Below, piece after piece: positions 1-8,737 of a stretch of 37,448 nt of DNA; positions within the stretch are counted from its first letter, which is position 1, and every line of letters begins with the position of its first letter. The stretch comes from Thermotogota bacterium (GTDB taxonomy: Bacteria; Bipolaricaulota; Bipolaricaulia; UBA7950; UBA9294), in assembly GCA_039679545.1 (NCBI GenBank), contig JBDKUT010000009.1:1-37448 (forward strand), in the 5' to 3' direction. Position numbers and translations under genes: made by a program. Under the pieces are notes generated by a model. The model was not told the origin of the DNA, searched no databases, and was given only the letters and a program-made list of their open reading frames with translations.

Positions 1-22
1 GGCCGGCACCCTGTGTTCGCGT

Positions 23-481
23 TTACACCGCGCCCGTCGTCCGGGCTTGCGCCGCGCCCCCCGTTCGCGTTTGCGCCACGCCCTCCGTGCGTGATTGCGC
101 CACCTTCTGCGCGACCCGGGCCTCGAACCTTGCCGCATCGATGACGTAGCGAACGTGCGTCGCGCGGCCGACCACCTCGACGTCGTCGCGAGCCTCAATC
201 TGGAAGGTGAGTCTCCGGCCGTCGACGTGGGCCAACATGGCGTGAACGGTCACGGTCATCCCTGGAGGCGTCGCGGCGAGATGGTCGAGGGTAATCGAGG
301 CCCCGACAGTCTTCTGGCCTGGCGCAAGGCCGGGATCGACGAGTCGGCGGGCGCACTCCTCGCAGAATCCGACGAGAACAGGGGTTGCCAGGACCTCAAC
401 AAGGCCACTTCCAAACGCGCTGGCCAGGTGGCTTCGCTCCACGGTCCAAGTCTGCTCTCGGGCGCTTCCGACATCGATCAT
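23..481 (-). CDS. FlK-type (fluoroacetyl-CoA thioesterase family) hotdog thioesterase
   Basis: Motifs GSGLVEVLATP, FCEECA, TVG...LDHLAATPPG carry the Thr/Glu/His triad. Start moved to ATG at 481, preceded by AAGGAAAGGA. Confidence 0.85.
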   Translation of the reverse strand: MIDVGSAREQTWTVERSHLASAFGSGLVEVLATPVLVGFCEECARRLVDPGLAPGQKTVGASITLDHLAATPPGMTVTVHAMLAHVDGRRLTFQIEARDDVEVVGRATHVRYVIDAARFEARVAQKVAQSRTEGVAQTRTGGAAQARTTGAV

Positions 482-521
482 GACACGTCCTTTCCTTGGG
501 GTGTAGACACGTTCGTTTCTG

Positions 522-1313
522 CTAAGTTCGGTAGAACTCAGGCCGGCGGTCTCCAAGCTTGTCGTTGCGTGATGTGAGGCGCTTGTTTCGGGCCGCCCTG
601 GGATCGACCTCGGCGACGGCGACCTCAATGCGATCGGGCGAGAGCCGAACGAGCACCGTGCCGTCCGGAGCGACAATCTGGCTCTGGCCTGTGTATCGCA
701 GCGTCTTCTCCGCGCGGGCCTCTTCTCCCACGCGGTTCGCGGTCGCGGCGAACACCCCGTTCTCGAGCGCGCGGACCGTCATCGTCCGCTGTGCGAGGTC
801 GGGAATGATGAGGTTCGCGGGGTGCACAAGGATGTCGGCGCCGAGGAGGGCCAAGGTGCGAGCGGCTTCGGGGAAGAAGTGGTCGAAGCAGATCATCATC
901 CCGACCCGCGCCGCGCCGATGTCTTGAACGGAGAACGGCAAGCTTCCTGGGGCGAACCAGCGTTTCTCGTCTCCGAACAGGTGGATCTTGCGGTACACCG
1001 ACAGGAACCCGCGGGGTCCGACGAGGGCGGCGGAGTTGTACACGACATCGTTGGCAGCCTCGGGGAGTCCGGCGACGACGAAACAGCCACGGTCCCAGCA
1101 GAACGACGTGAGGGCGCAGACCGTCGGGCCGCCGGGCACGGGCTCCGCGAGGTCGCGAACCTCCTCGGCGCGCGCAAATTGGTATCCGGACGCGAAGAAC
1201 TCGGGGAGCACCCACAAGTCGGCGGCCTCCCGGGACAGGAGGTCGAACGCCTCGCTCAGGTTCCGATCTCGCTCGCCGAACTCGGGGCGAGTCTGCGCGA
1301 TCCCCACTCTCAT
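522..1313 (-). CDS. Carbon-nitrogen hydrolase (nitrilase superfamily)
   Basis: Glu-Lys-Cys triad motifs LPEF, YRKIHLF and MICFD, plus ANRVG and GQSQIV. Start taken at MRVGIAQ. Confidence 0.9.
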   Translation of the reverse strand: MRVGIAQTRPEFGERDRNLSEAFDLLSREAADLWVLPEFFASGYQFARAEEVRDLAEPVPGGPTVCALTSFCWDRGCFVVAGLPEAANDVVYNSAALVGPRGFLSVYRKIHLFGDEKRWFAPGSLPFSVQDIGAARVGMMICFDHFFPEAARTLALLGADILVHPANLIIPDLAQRTMTVRALENGVFAATANRVGEEARAEKTLRYTGQSQIVAPDGTVLVRLSPDRIEVAVAEVDPRAARNKRLTSRNDKLGDRRPEFYRT

Positions 1314-1353
1314 CGTCGGATTGTGTTCGCTTTCGGATTGGGTTTCGCCCGGT

Positions 1354-1443
1354 TCAGCCGCAGGTTCCGCCACAGCCTCCGACGAGGAACTTTCCGATCA
1401 GGATGCAGGCGATGACCAGATACACAAGGTAGGACAGGTCCAT
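1354..1443 (-). CDS. Small 29-aa membrane peptide with Gly/Cys tail (MDLSYLVYLVIACILIGKFLVGGCGGTCG)
   Basis: Read manually, below the ORF-track cutoff. Purine-rich RBS AAGGGGGAG just before the ATG, one hydrophobic helix, and it fills the gap between two co-directional genes. Confidence 0.6.
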   Translation of the reverse strand: MDLSYLVYLVIACILIGKFLVGGCGGTCG

Positions 1444-1499
1444 GACTCCCCCTTGCGCCGAAGGCACGGCCTCCCAGCGCCATCGGGGATTCTACCTCA

Positions 1500-4400
1500 T
1501 CACTCCCCGATCTCGAAGCTTGCGCTGGTGGGGGCGTAGCGGAGCACGGCTTCGGGGAAGGCGAGGATGGAGACGTAGAGCCAGACGTCGCCCGACGACC
1601 GCTCGACGCCGACGCGCACACAGTCTGCGATGTCCTTGAACACACCGTACGAGACGTCGTCCAGATCGATGGAACCGGAGGAGTACATGACCTCAAGCTC
1701 TAGGCCCCAGCCGTTCGCCACGACCAGGTCCGCCGTGATGTCGGACGCCGTAAGCTCGAGAGCATTCAAGTTGAGGTCGTTCTCAAGAGAGAGAGAGAGG
1801 TCCGTCCACTTGGCAAAGACGTCGAACGACGCCGTAGAGAACTCGCCGTCGAGAGCGTCGTACGGGATTCTCCACGCGATCTTGCGATGCTCGTCCCTCC
1901 AGTTCCCGCGAACGACGAGGTTCGAGAGACGCGCGAGGGTCACGTTGTAGTTCGCGGTCACCTTCCACGTTGCCCAATCGTCCCAGTCGGCGGTGGCCCG
2001 GACAAGTCCGGGACCATCCACGGAGTTGAAGCTCCCCGAGACGGAGAGATCTACGGGTCCCGAACGCTTCATCAGCCACGTGAACTCGTGCTCGGTTGCC
2101 GTCTCGTCGAACTCGAATGGGCTCGATCCGCGGGCGAAGGTGGTCGTCCAAGCGAGCTCAAGCCCCCGGCGGCTCGCCGAGGCGCCGACCTGGATGCTCT
2201 CGACGTCCTCGAGGCCGGCTACGTCGGCGTAGAGCGAGGTCTGAAACGTCGCCGACGGCTGAATGCGGAACCCAGCGAACGTCACGGCGTCGACCTTCGA
2301 CTCAAGCTGGCTGCGAAGCCGAAACCGCTCCTCGGGGGTCTCGTCCTCCTTCTCCTCCCGGTACCACCCGGCCAGGAACGTCGGACGGAACGAAAGAAGG
2401 CCAAGTCGCTGGGCCGGCAGGGAGAACGACAGCTCGGGAAGCTTCTCTTCGATCGTTGTGGTCGTGGTTGTGTCCAGGATGCGCGAGACGAGGAGTGAGA
2501 CGTCGGCGGGTCCGATCGGTCCGCGAACCTTGGCGGAAAACGAGAACTCCTTGTCGTTGCCGTCAACGTTGTACTCGAGACGGCCGACTCCCTGCCAGTC
2601 CCCACCGATCGCCGCGGTGTCCGTTAGACTGACCTGGACCTCGGTATCGTTGACCTTGCCGGGGAGGAAGTAGGCCGAGGCGCGGCCCTCGTGCCCGCTG
2701 ACGGCGTACCGCAGCGTGCCTCCGACCCCGAACTCGCTGTACTTGCTGTAGTAGTCGAGAAGAATCGTCCCGTAGACGGCTTCGCTCAGGAAGAAGGGCA
2801 CGTTCCACTTGACGAACCAGCCTCGCGAAGAACTCGAGCCGAACGCGGGGAAGAGGGGGGAGTCGAGCGTTTCCTCGAGCGGCTGAACGTAGAGAGGAAG
2901 CCAGAAGACGCCGACTGCGCTCACGCGGGCGGTCAGTCCGTAGGCGACGAGCAGCCGATCGGGATAGAGGCGCAGCCGGTCGGCCTTGAGGCTGTACGGT
3001 TGGCGGTCCAAGGCCAGGCCGCAGCAATCGCACGTCGTAACCTCCGCTTGCTCGGCGGTGAGAAGGCTCACCTCGTTTTGGTCGTTGAACTCGACTTCAC
3101 CTCGGCGGGCGCGAAAAAAAAGCTCCTTCTCCTTCCCCTCCGAGTTGGTAAACACGACCTGTCCGCGCAAGCTGTCCGCCTCGGCCCAACGGGGCTTCAT
3201 TTCACCGTTTTGGTCTTCGACCTCAACGATCATCGAATCCCCCGCGAGTTCCGTCGTGCCCGGGACGAGGAGAGACACGGAGCCGGACGCGGAGAGGCGC
3301 CAACTCGACGACTGAACCCGTTCGACGAGGAGGTCGTCGGCGTCGAGTTGCGAGTTCTGGAGGGTCGCGCGGACGGAGCCGACCGCGTGAAGCGTTGAGC
3401 CGTCGTTGGCGAGGAAGAGCTCATCGCACTCGAGATGGACGGGAACGCTGTCGACACCCTCATCGGAGGTGTCGGAGCCGAGGCTGCGTTCGGGGGTCTC
3501 GGGGGCCGTGCCGTCGGAGCCGACGGAGGGCTTGGACTTGTCGGAGCCAACGAAAGGTGCGGACGCGTCGGAGCCCAGGACGGAGAAAGAAGTCGCGGCA
3601 AGGAGGACGAGCGCCAGGGGGAGCCGCCTCCACCACCGGCCGCGCGTGTCGCGTGTGGCGAGCCGATCCACCCGCGCGTACAGGTACACACCGATGGCGC
3701 CGAACACGAGGTCGGGCAGCCACGCCGCCCACGCCGGATCCATGGCTCCCCGTCGGCCGAGGGTTTGCGTCCACCAGAGGAATCCCTGGAACACGGCGAC
3801 AAGAAGGAGTCCGAGCACGATGCCGACGGCCCGATTGGCCGGCAGGAACGCCAGACTCAGCGCGCCGCCGAGGAGAACAAAGACGAGGGTGGCCAGTGGA
3901 AGAGCCAGCTTAAGGTGCGACTCGACGACGTACTCGTGAACTCGCTGGCCGTTTTTGCGGGCTTGGGCGATCCGTTCGCGGAGCTCGGCGAGCCCCATCT
4001 CCGATGGGGTTCGGGAATGCGACACCAACTCGGCGACGCCCTGCTCGATCGGGATCACGAGGGACTCGATCGTTGCCGTGAAGACGAGCTGACCCTCTCG
4101 GTCGAACCCGTAGACCGTCCCTGCGGACAGCGTCCAAGCGCCGGCGGTCCACGCTCCCTCGTCGGCCGTGATCATTGTGACCTGGGTCCCTGCTTGCGGG
4201 AAGAGGCGACCGGTCGTGTCGTAGATGACGACGTCGTAGAGCTTCCCGCTTGATTCGTCGAAGCGGCGGATGTAGAAGAATTGATCGTTTTGCCCTTTGA
4301 AGAAGGCGTTGGCCGTGATGCGCGGCGTTCCCTGCCGGTAGATGACTTGGCGCAGCGCGTCCTGGTACGCGGCCTCGGAGGCAGGGACGAGCCAGTTGTA

Positions 4401-4754
4401 GAGAGCGAAGTCCGCGACCCCAACGAACGCGGCGGCGAGGAGCAGGGGAAGAAGGATGCGTCGTAGCGGGATTCCGAGGGACTCGAGGGCCAAAACCTCG
4501 CGGTCGTGGCCCATCCGCCCCAGGCCGAGGAACGTCGCGAACAGCGCGCTCATCGGGACGGCGACGACCAAGAGGCTAGGAATCTTGAGCAGGACAAGCC
4601 GGAGAAGTGTTGTCATGCTCACGCCGCGATCGACCATCAGGTCGGACAGAGACAGGATAACGTTCAGAAGGATGAACAGAACAAGCCCCGCGAGGGCCAG
4701 GAGAAACGGGCCCAGGGCCTCCCGAAGGATGTAGCGATCGCAGCGGCGCAGCAT
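1500..4754 (-). CDS. LptF/LptG (YjgP/YjgQ) permease fused to an OstA/LptD-like jellyroll and beta-barrel region
   Basis: The N-terminal ~365 aa has the LptF/G pattern (DRYILRE...PF; P..L...VPMS.LFA; EVLALESLGI; AAWLPDLVFG). The C-terminal part has an LptD-like TTC...PYSLKA..L.LYP...VFWLP...P.FG.SSSRGWFVK segment followed by amphipathic beta strands. Confidence 0.85.
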   Translation of the reverse strand: MLRRCDRYILREALGPFLLALAGLVLFILLNVILSLSDLMVDRGVSMTTLLRLVLLKIPSLLVVAVPMSALFATFLGLGRMGHDREVLALESLGIPLRRILLPLLLAAAFVGVADFALYNWLVPASEAAYQDALRQVIYRQGTPRITANAFFKGQNDQFFYIRRFDESSGKLYDVVIYDTTGRLFPQAGTQVTMITADEGAWTAGAWTLSAGTVYGFDREGQLVFTATIESLVIPIEQGVAELVSHSRTPSEMGLAELRERIAQARKNGQRVHEYVVESHLKLALPLATLVFVLLGGALSLAFLPANRAVGIVLGLLLVAVFQGFLWWTQTLGRRGAMDPAWAAWLPDLVFGAIGVYLYARVDRLATRDTRGRWWRRLPLALVLLAATSFSVLGSDASAPFVGSDKSKPSVGSDGTAPETPERSLGSDTSDEGVDSVPVHLECDELFLANDGSTLHAVGSVRATLQNSQLDADDLLVERVQSSSWRLSASGSVSLLVPGTTELAGDSMIVEVEDQNGEMKPRWAEADSLRGQVVFTNSEGKEKELFFRARRGEVEFNDQNEVSLLTAEQAEVTTCDCCGLALDRQPYSLKADRLRLYPDRLLVAYGLTARVSAVGVFWLPLYVQPLEETLDSPLFPAFGSSSSRGWFVKWNVPFFLSEAVYGTILLDYYSKYSEFGVGGTLRYAVSGHEGRASAYFLPGKVNDTEVQVSLTDTAAIGGDWQGVGRLEYNVDGNDKEFSFSAKVRGPIGPADVSLLVSRILDTTTTTTIEEKLPELSFSLPAQRLGLLSFRPTFLAGWYREEKEDETPEERFRLRSQLESKVDAVTFAGFRIQPSATFQTSLYADVAGLEDVESIQVGASASRRGLELAWTTTFARGSSPFEFDETATEHEFTWLMKRSGPVDLSVSGSFNSVDGPGLVRATADWDDWATWKVTANYNVTLARLSNLVVRGNWRDEHRKIAWRIPYDALDGEFSTASFDVFAKWTDLSLSLENDLNLNALELTASDITADLVVANGWGLELEVMYSSGSIDLDDVSYGVFKDIADCVRVGVERSSGDVWLYVSILAFPEAVLRYAPTSASFEIGE

Positions 4755-4879
4755 GACGTCTCGATCTTACCGGACGAGCGGATCGTCGAGCCAGGCCGGA
4801 TGTCCGGATCGCGTGCGTGGCTTCCCTACGCGGTTGGATAGACTCTCGGCGCGTTGGATATAGTTGGCCGATTCGAGCG

Positions 4880-6175
4880 ATGACCAAGCGAGTCTACATT
4901 GAGACCTGGGGCTGCCAGATGAACCTCCATCAGTCGGAGGAGTTGGCCGGTGCGATGCGCGCGGCGGGGTACGAGCTGGTCGAACGCTTGGACGGCGCCG
5001 ACGTCGTTCTGTTCAACGGATGCATGGTGCGCCAGAAGGCCGAGGAGAAACTCCTCGGCCGATTGGGTGCCGTTGTCGAAGAGAAGCGCCGGAGACGAGT
5101 CATCCTGGGGGTGGGCGGCTGCTTCGGTCAGGTCCACGGCGCGAAGCTGCTGGAGCGATCCTCGGCCGTCGACTTTGTCTTCGGGACGCGGGGGCATTCG
5201 GCGATCCCGGCGTTGATCGACCGGGTCGCCCACACAGGGGAGCGCTCGGTTGACGTGGGCGGTGTGGAGGACGAGGAGTCGGGCTCCGTCCGTGGGTCGT
5301 CCGTCTCGGCGATGATCACGATTACCGAAGGCTGCTCGAACTTCTGCTCCTACTGCATTGTGCCGTACGCGCGGGGACCGATGCGCAGTCGCCCACCGGA
5401 GAAGATCTTGGGTGAAGTCGAGAAGGCCGCTGAGGGCGGGTATCGGGAAGTGCTTCTTCTCGGCCAGAACGTCAATTCCTACGGACGAGATCGCCCGTCG
5501 TTCGGTGTTTTCGCCGAACTCCTCCGGCGGGTCGCGCGCACAGGGATCGACCGGGTCCGGTTCACGAGCTCGCACCCACGTGACCTGACGGACGACGTGC
5601 TGTCGGTGATGGCGAGCGAGCCGAACGTCTGCCGGCACCTTCATCTAGCGTGCCAATCGGGGAACGACCGTATCCTCGCCGCGATGAACCGCGGTTATAC
5701 CCGAGAGCGGTACAAGGAGCTTGTGGACGGGGCGAAGCACGCGATGCCCGGACTCAACGTCACGACCGACATGATCGTCGGGTACCCCGGAGAGACCGAC
5801 ACCGAGTTCGAGGACACCCTCACACTGGTCGAGGAGTTGCGGTTCGGTTCGATCTACGCGGCCAAGTACTCGTCCCGGCCGTTGACGCGTGCGGCCCTAG
5901 AGCCCGACGACGTGTCGGCGGCGGAGAAGGACGACAGGCTTCGGCGCCTCCTCGACACGGAACGGCGGATCGCCCTGGAGGAGAACCAGCGCTTTGTCGG
6001 GAAGGAGGTCGTCGTTTTGATCGAGGGGAAGACGCGAGACGGCGTCCACTACGGCCGCACGGGCGACCATCGCACGGTGGTTGTCCGCGGTGGTGCACGG
6101 GTCGGGGACCTCGTGCCGGTGCGCGTGGAGGGTGCGGCGGCGGCGGCGCTCGTCGGTGCTGTCCGCGGCGGATGA
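4880..6175 (+). CDS. miaB: tRNA-2-methylthio-N6-dimethylallyladenosine synthase MiaB (radical SAM methylthiotransferase)
   Basis: YIETWGCQMN, NGCMVRQKAEEK, CSNFCSYC, LLGQNVNSYG, RFTSSHP and a C-terminal TRAM domain. Confidence 0.93.
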   Translation: MTKRVYIETWGCQMNLHQSEELAGAMRAAGYELVERLDGADVVLFNGCMVRQKAEEKLLGRLGAVVEEKRRRRVILGVGGCFGQVHGAKLLERSSAVDFVFGTRGHSAIPALIDRVAHTGERSVDVGGVEDEESGSVRGSSVSAMITITEGCSNFCSYCIVPYARGPMRSRPPEKILGEVEKAAEGGYREVLLLGQNVNSYGRDRPSFGVFAELLRRVARTGIDRVRFTSSHPRDLTDDVLSVMASEPNVCRHLHLACQSGNDRILAAMNRGYTRERYKELVDGAKHAMPGLNVTTDMIVGYPGETDTEFEDTLTLVEELRFGSIYAAKYSSRPLTRAALEPDDVSAAEKDDRLRRLLDTERRIALEENQRFVGKEVVVLIEGKTRDGVHYGRTGDHRTVVVRGGARVGDLVPVRVEGAAAAALVGAVRGG

Positions 6176-8661
6176 GCCTCCCGTGGACGTCGCTCGGCTT
6201 GGAGCGATTCGTCGCAGGAGCGGCTGGGGAACGTGTCCTGTTCGTGGAGGGCGTGGCCGAGTCGGGGCCCGGTGTGGCCGACGATGCCCCGTGCGTTAGC
6301 TACAGTGAGCGAACGGGCGAGGCGATGGACATGGCGCCGCTGGTTCGAGCCGTCTTCCCTTGCGCCGCCGATCACGGGATGGCGGCGATCGCCCACTACC
6401 TCGAACTGCCGGAGGCGTCGCCGGCGGAGAAGGTCGGACGGATCTTCGTCCGCACCCTTGAAGAGATCCCGGCCCTCGATCGCGACGTCGTGGCCCTCCT
6501 CGCCGAACTCCTCCCTCCTCCGTTGGCGCGGCTCCTCGTGGCGCTTCTCCCGGTTTCGGCGTCGCCCGAGGAGTCCCAGACGGTTCCTCCGAAAGCCGCC
6601 CCCCCAAGCGAAGCGACGGGAGGGACGGAAGAGGTTCTGGGGCCTGGCGGGGTCGTCGCGGCGGCCTTGTCGCAGTACGAGGCGCGAGCGGGGCAACTCG
6701 CTATGGCGCGTCGCGTCGAGGAGGTCCTTCGTCGCGGGGGTGCGCTCTCCGTAGAAGCAGGCCCGGGGACGGGGAAGACTTTTGCGTACCTCATTCCCGT
6801 CATTCTTAAGCTTCGGGAAGACAAGACGGCGCGGGTCGTCGTTTGCACGCGGACGAAGCAGCTCCAGGAGCAGCTCTACCGAGAGGATCTGCCGTTCCTC
6901 GTGGAGCGGATTGCACCCGAGGTCTCGACCGCGATGCTCAAGGGGCGGGAGAACTACCTGTGTCTCCGTCGGTGGGAGATCCTGCTACAGGAGCTCGTGA
7001 ACGGCCTCGAGCGGGACCGACTGGCCTCACTGGCTCCGCTCGTGCGGTGGCTGTCCGACACCGAGTCGGGGGACGTCGAAGAGAACTGCGCGTTTCTCGC
7101 TGACCCGAACTCACGGGAGCTCTGGGGACGCCTCTACGACTCGCCGCACCATTGCGTGGGCGCCTTCTGCCCCCACATGGAGGGGTGCTTCTCGATTCAG
7201 GCGCGTCGGCGGGCGCGGAAGGCGGACCTTGTGGTCGTCAACCACTCCCTCCTTCTCGCCGACGCCGCCACGCACGGCGTCGTTCTCGGGAAGTACAGCC
7301 ACCTCGTGATCGACGAAGCGCACGCGTTTGAGGCTGCAGCGAGGTCTGCGTTCACGGCGAGCCTGTCGCAGTCCATGGTCGAGCGGGTTGTCGAGCTGCT
7401 TGCGCCGCCCCGCAACCGCCGCGGTGGCTGGGTCGGACGGCTTCCCTTGGCGCCGGAGGACGCGGAGGCGCTTCGCGCGGGGGACGCGGCCTCCGTCCTG
7501 CCCGGGCAGGCATTGCGCCTCTTCCGCTCCGTGGAGTCCGTGCTCTCCGAGGAGCGGCGAGGGCGGCTCCCCGACCTCGCGCCGGTGCAGGGCGACCTCG
7601 AGGCGTTCCGCACCGCGGTGCGCGGGCTGGGCGTTGGCGTCGAAGCTCTGATCGAGCGGGTGCGCGAGGAGCAGGACTTGGCGCGCGAAGGGGAAGGCGG
7701 CCTCGCGGCGCTCCGGGAGCTTGAGAATGTGGCGGACCTCCTGGCAAGGGAGCCGAGCGAGAACTCCGTTCATTGGTACGAGCGCGAAGGGGGGCGGCTG
7801 TCCCTTCGCGTCACGCCGCTCGACGTGGCGCCGATCCTGGCGGAGTGCCTCTACCCCGATCTGGAGGCCGCCGTGCTCACGTCGGCGACGCTCTCGTTGG
7901 GAGGGGACTTCGCGTACGTGCACCGCACGCTCGGCCTGGACGGCGCGTTCTCGGACGTCCAGGGGACGGTGGTCGAGAGCCCGTTCTCCTACGAAGGGCG
8001 GATGAGGATCCTTGTGCCCCGTGGGTTCCCCGCCGTGTTGGGCGACGCGGAGGCGTACGCCGATGCGCTGGCCGAGCTGCTTGCTGACCTGCACGGTGCG
8101 CTCCACCGCAACGGCCTCGTCCTGTTTACGTCCTACGATCTTCTGCAGCGCGTGCGGGAGCGGTTGGTGGGCGCAGTCCCGCTTCTCGCTCAAGGAGTCG
8201 ACGGCCCGCGAACAAGCCTGGTCGAGCGGTTCCGCCGCGGGAAGGACGGCATGTTGCTTCTCGGAGCGGACAGTTTCTGGGAAGGCGTGGATCTCCCGGG
8301 AGAGGAGCTCGAGTATTTGGTGGTGACGCGACTTCCATTCGCCGTGCCGACCGATCCGGTGTTCGCCGCGCTGTCGGAGAGGTACGAGAGAACCGGAAGG
8401 GAGCCGTTCTACGAACTCGCCCTTCCCCAAGCAGTCCTGCGACTGCGACAAGGGGTGGGGCGCCTCATTCGAACCCAGCACGACCGGGGCGTTGTGGTGG
8501 TGACGGACGACCGAATCCGAACGAAGGGATATGGAAGGAAGTTCGCCGAGACCCTGCCGGTTGCGGTCGAGGAAACGGCGAGCTCCGCCGACCTGGTTCA
8601 CAAAGCGGCGGCGTGGTTTGAGGGGCTCGAACGCGAGGAAGGATCGCCTCAAGCGAATTGA
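6172..8661 (+). CDS. dinG: DinG-family ATP-dependent DNA helicase (Fe-S type)
   Basis: Walker A AGPGTGKT, KGRENYLC, VVVNHSLL, IDEAH, TSATL, FWEGVDLPG and QGVGRLIR. ATGA overlap with the miaB stop fixes the start at 6172. Confidence 0.9.
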   Translation: MSLPWTSLGLERFVAGAAGERVLFVEGVAESGPGVADDAPCVSYSERTGEAMDMAPLVRAVFPCAADHGMAAIAHYLELPEASPAEKVGRIFVRTLEEIPALDRDVVALLAELLPPPLARLLVALLPVSASPEESQTVPPKAAPPSEATGGTEEVLGPGGVVAAALSQYEARAGQLAMARRVEEVLRRGGALSVEAGPGTGKTFAYLIPVILKLREDKTARVVVCTRTKQLQEQLYREDLPFLVERIAPEVSTAMLKGRENYLCLRRWEILLQELVNGLERDRLASLAPLVRWLSDTESGDVEENCAFLADPNSRELWGRLYDSPHHCVGAFCPHMEGCFSIQARRRARKADLVVVNHSLLLADAATHGVVLGKYSHLVIDEAHAFEAAARSAFTASLSQSMVERVVELLAPPRNRRGGWVGRLPLAPEDAEALRAGDAASVLPGQALRLFRSVESVLSEERRGRLPDLAPVQGDLEAFRTAVRGLGVGVEALIERVREEQDLAREGEGGLAALRELENVADLLAREPSENSVHWYEREGGRLSLRVTPLDVAPILAECLYPDLEAAVLTSATLSLGGDFAYVHRTLGLDGAFSDVQGTVVESPFSYEGRMRILVPRGFPAVLGDAEAYADALAELLADLHGALHRNGLVLFTSYDLLQRVRERLVGAVPLLAQGVDGPRTSLVERFRRGKDGMLLLGADSFWEGVDLPGEELEYLVVTRLPFAVPTDPVFAALSERYERTGREPFYELALPQAVLRLRQGVGRLIRTQHDRGVVVVTDDRIRTKGYGRKFAETLPVAVEETASSADLVHKAAAWFEGLEREEGSPQAN

Positions 8662-8686
8662 CATCGGCCGGATGAGTCGGTAAAAT
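8658..8686 (+). promoter_or_regulatory. Sigma70-type promoter for the GT2-rpiB-rho-M23-murA-hflX operon
   Basis: TTGACA (8658-8663), 17-bp spacer, TAAAAT (8681-8686). The -35 box overlaps the dinG stop codon. Confidence 0.8.
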
Positions 8687-8737
8687 GGCCTCGACAAACG
8701 GATCAACGTCACATCCACACCCATAACTCAAGAATCG

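Noticed and set aside
1785..1800. (GA)n microsatellite inside the Lpt fusion as a phase-variation switch
   Set aside because: The tract is short, the frame is intact, and it simply encodes LSLSL in a beta strand.
5650..6171. 174-aa N-terminal extension of DinG given by the ORF track
   Set aside because: It overlaps miaB out of frame and is Arg-rich noise; the ATGA coupling at 6172 is the better start.
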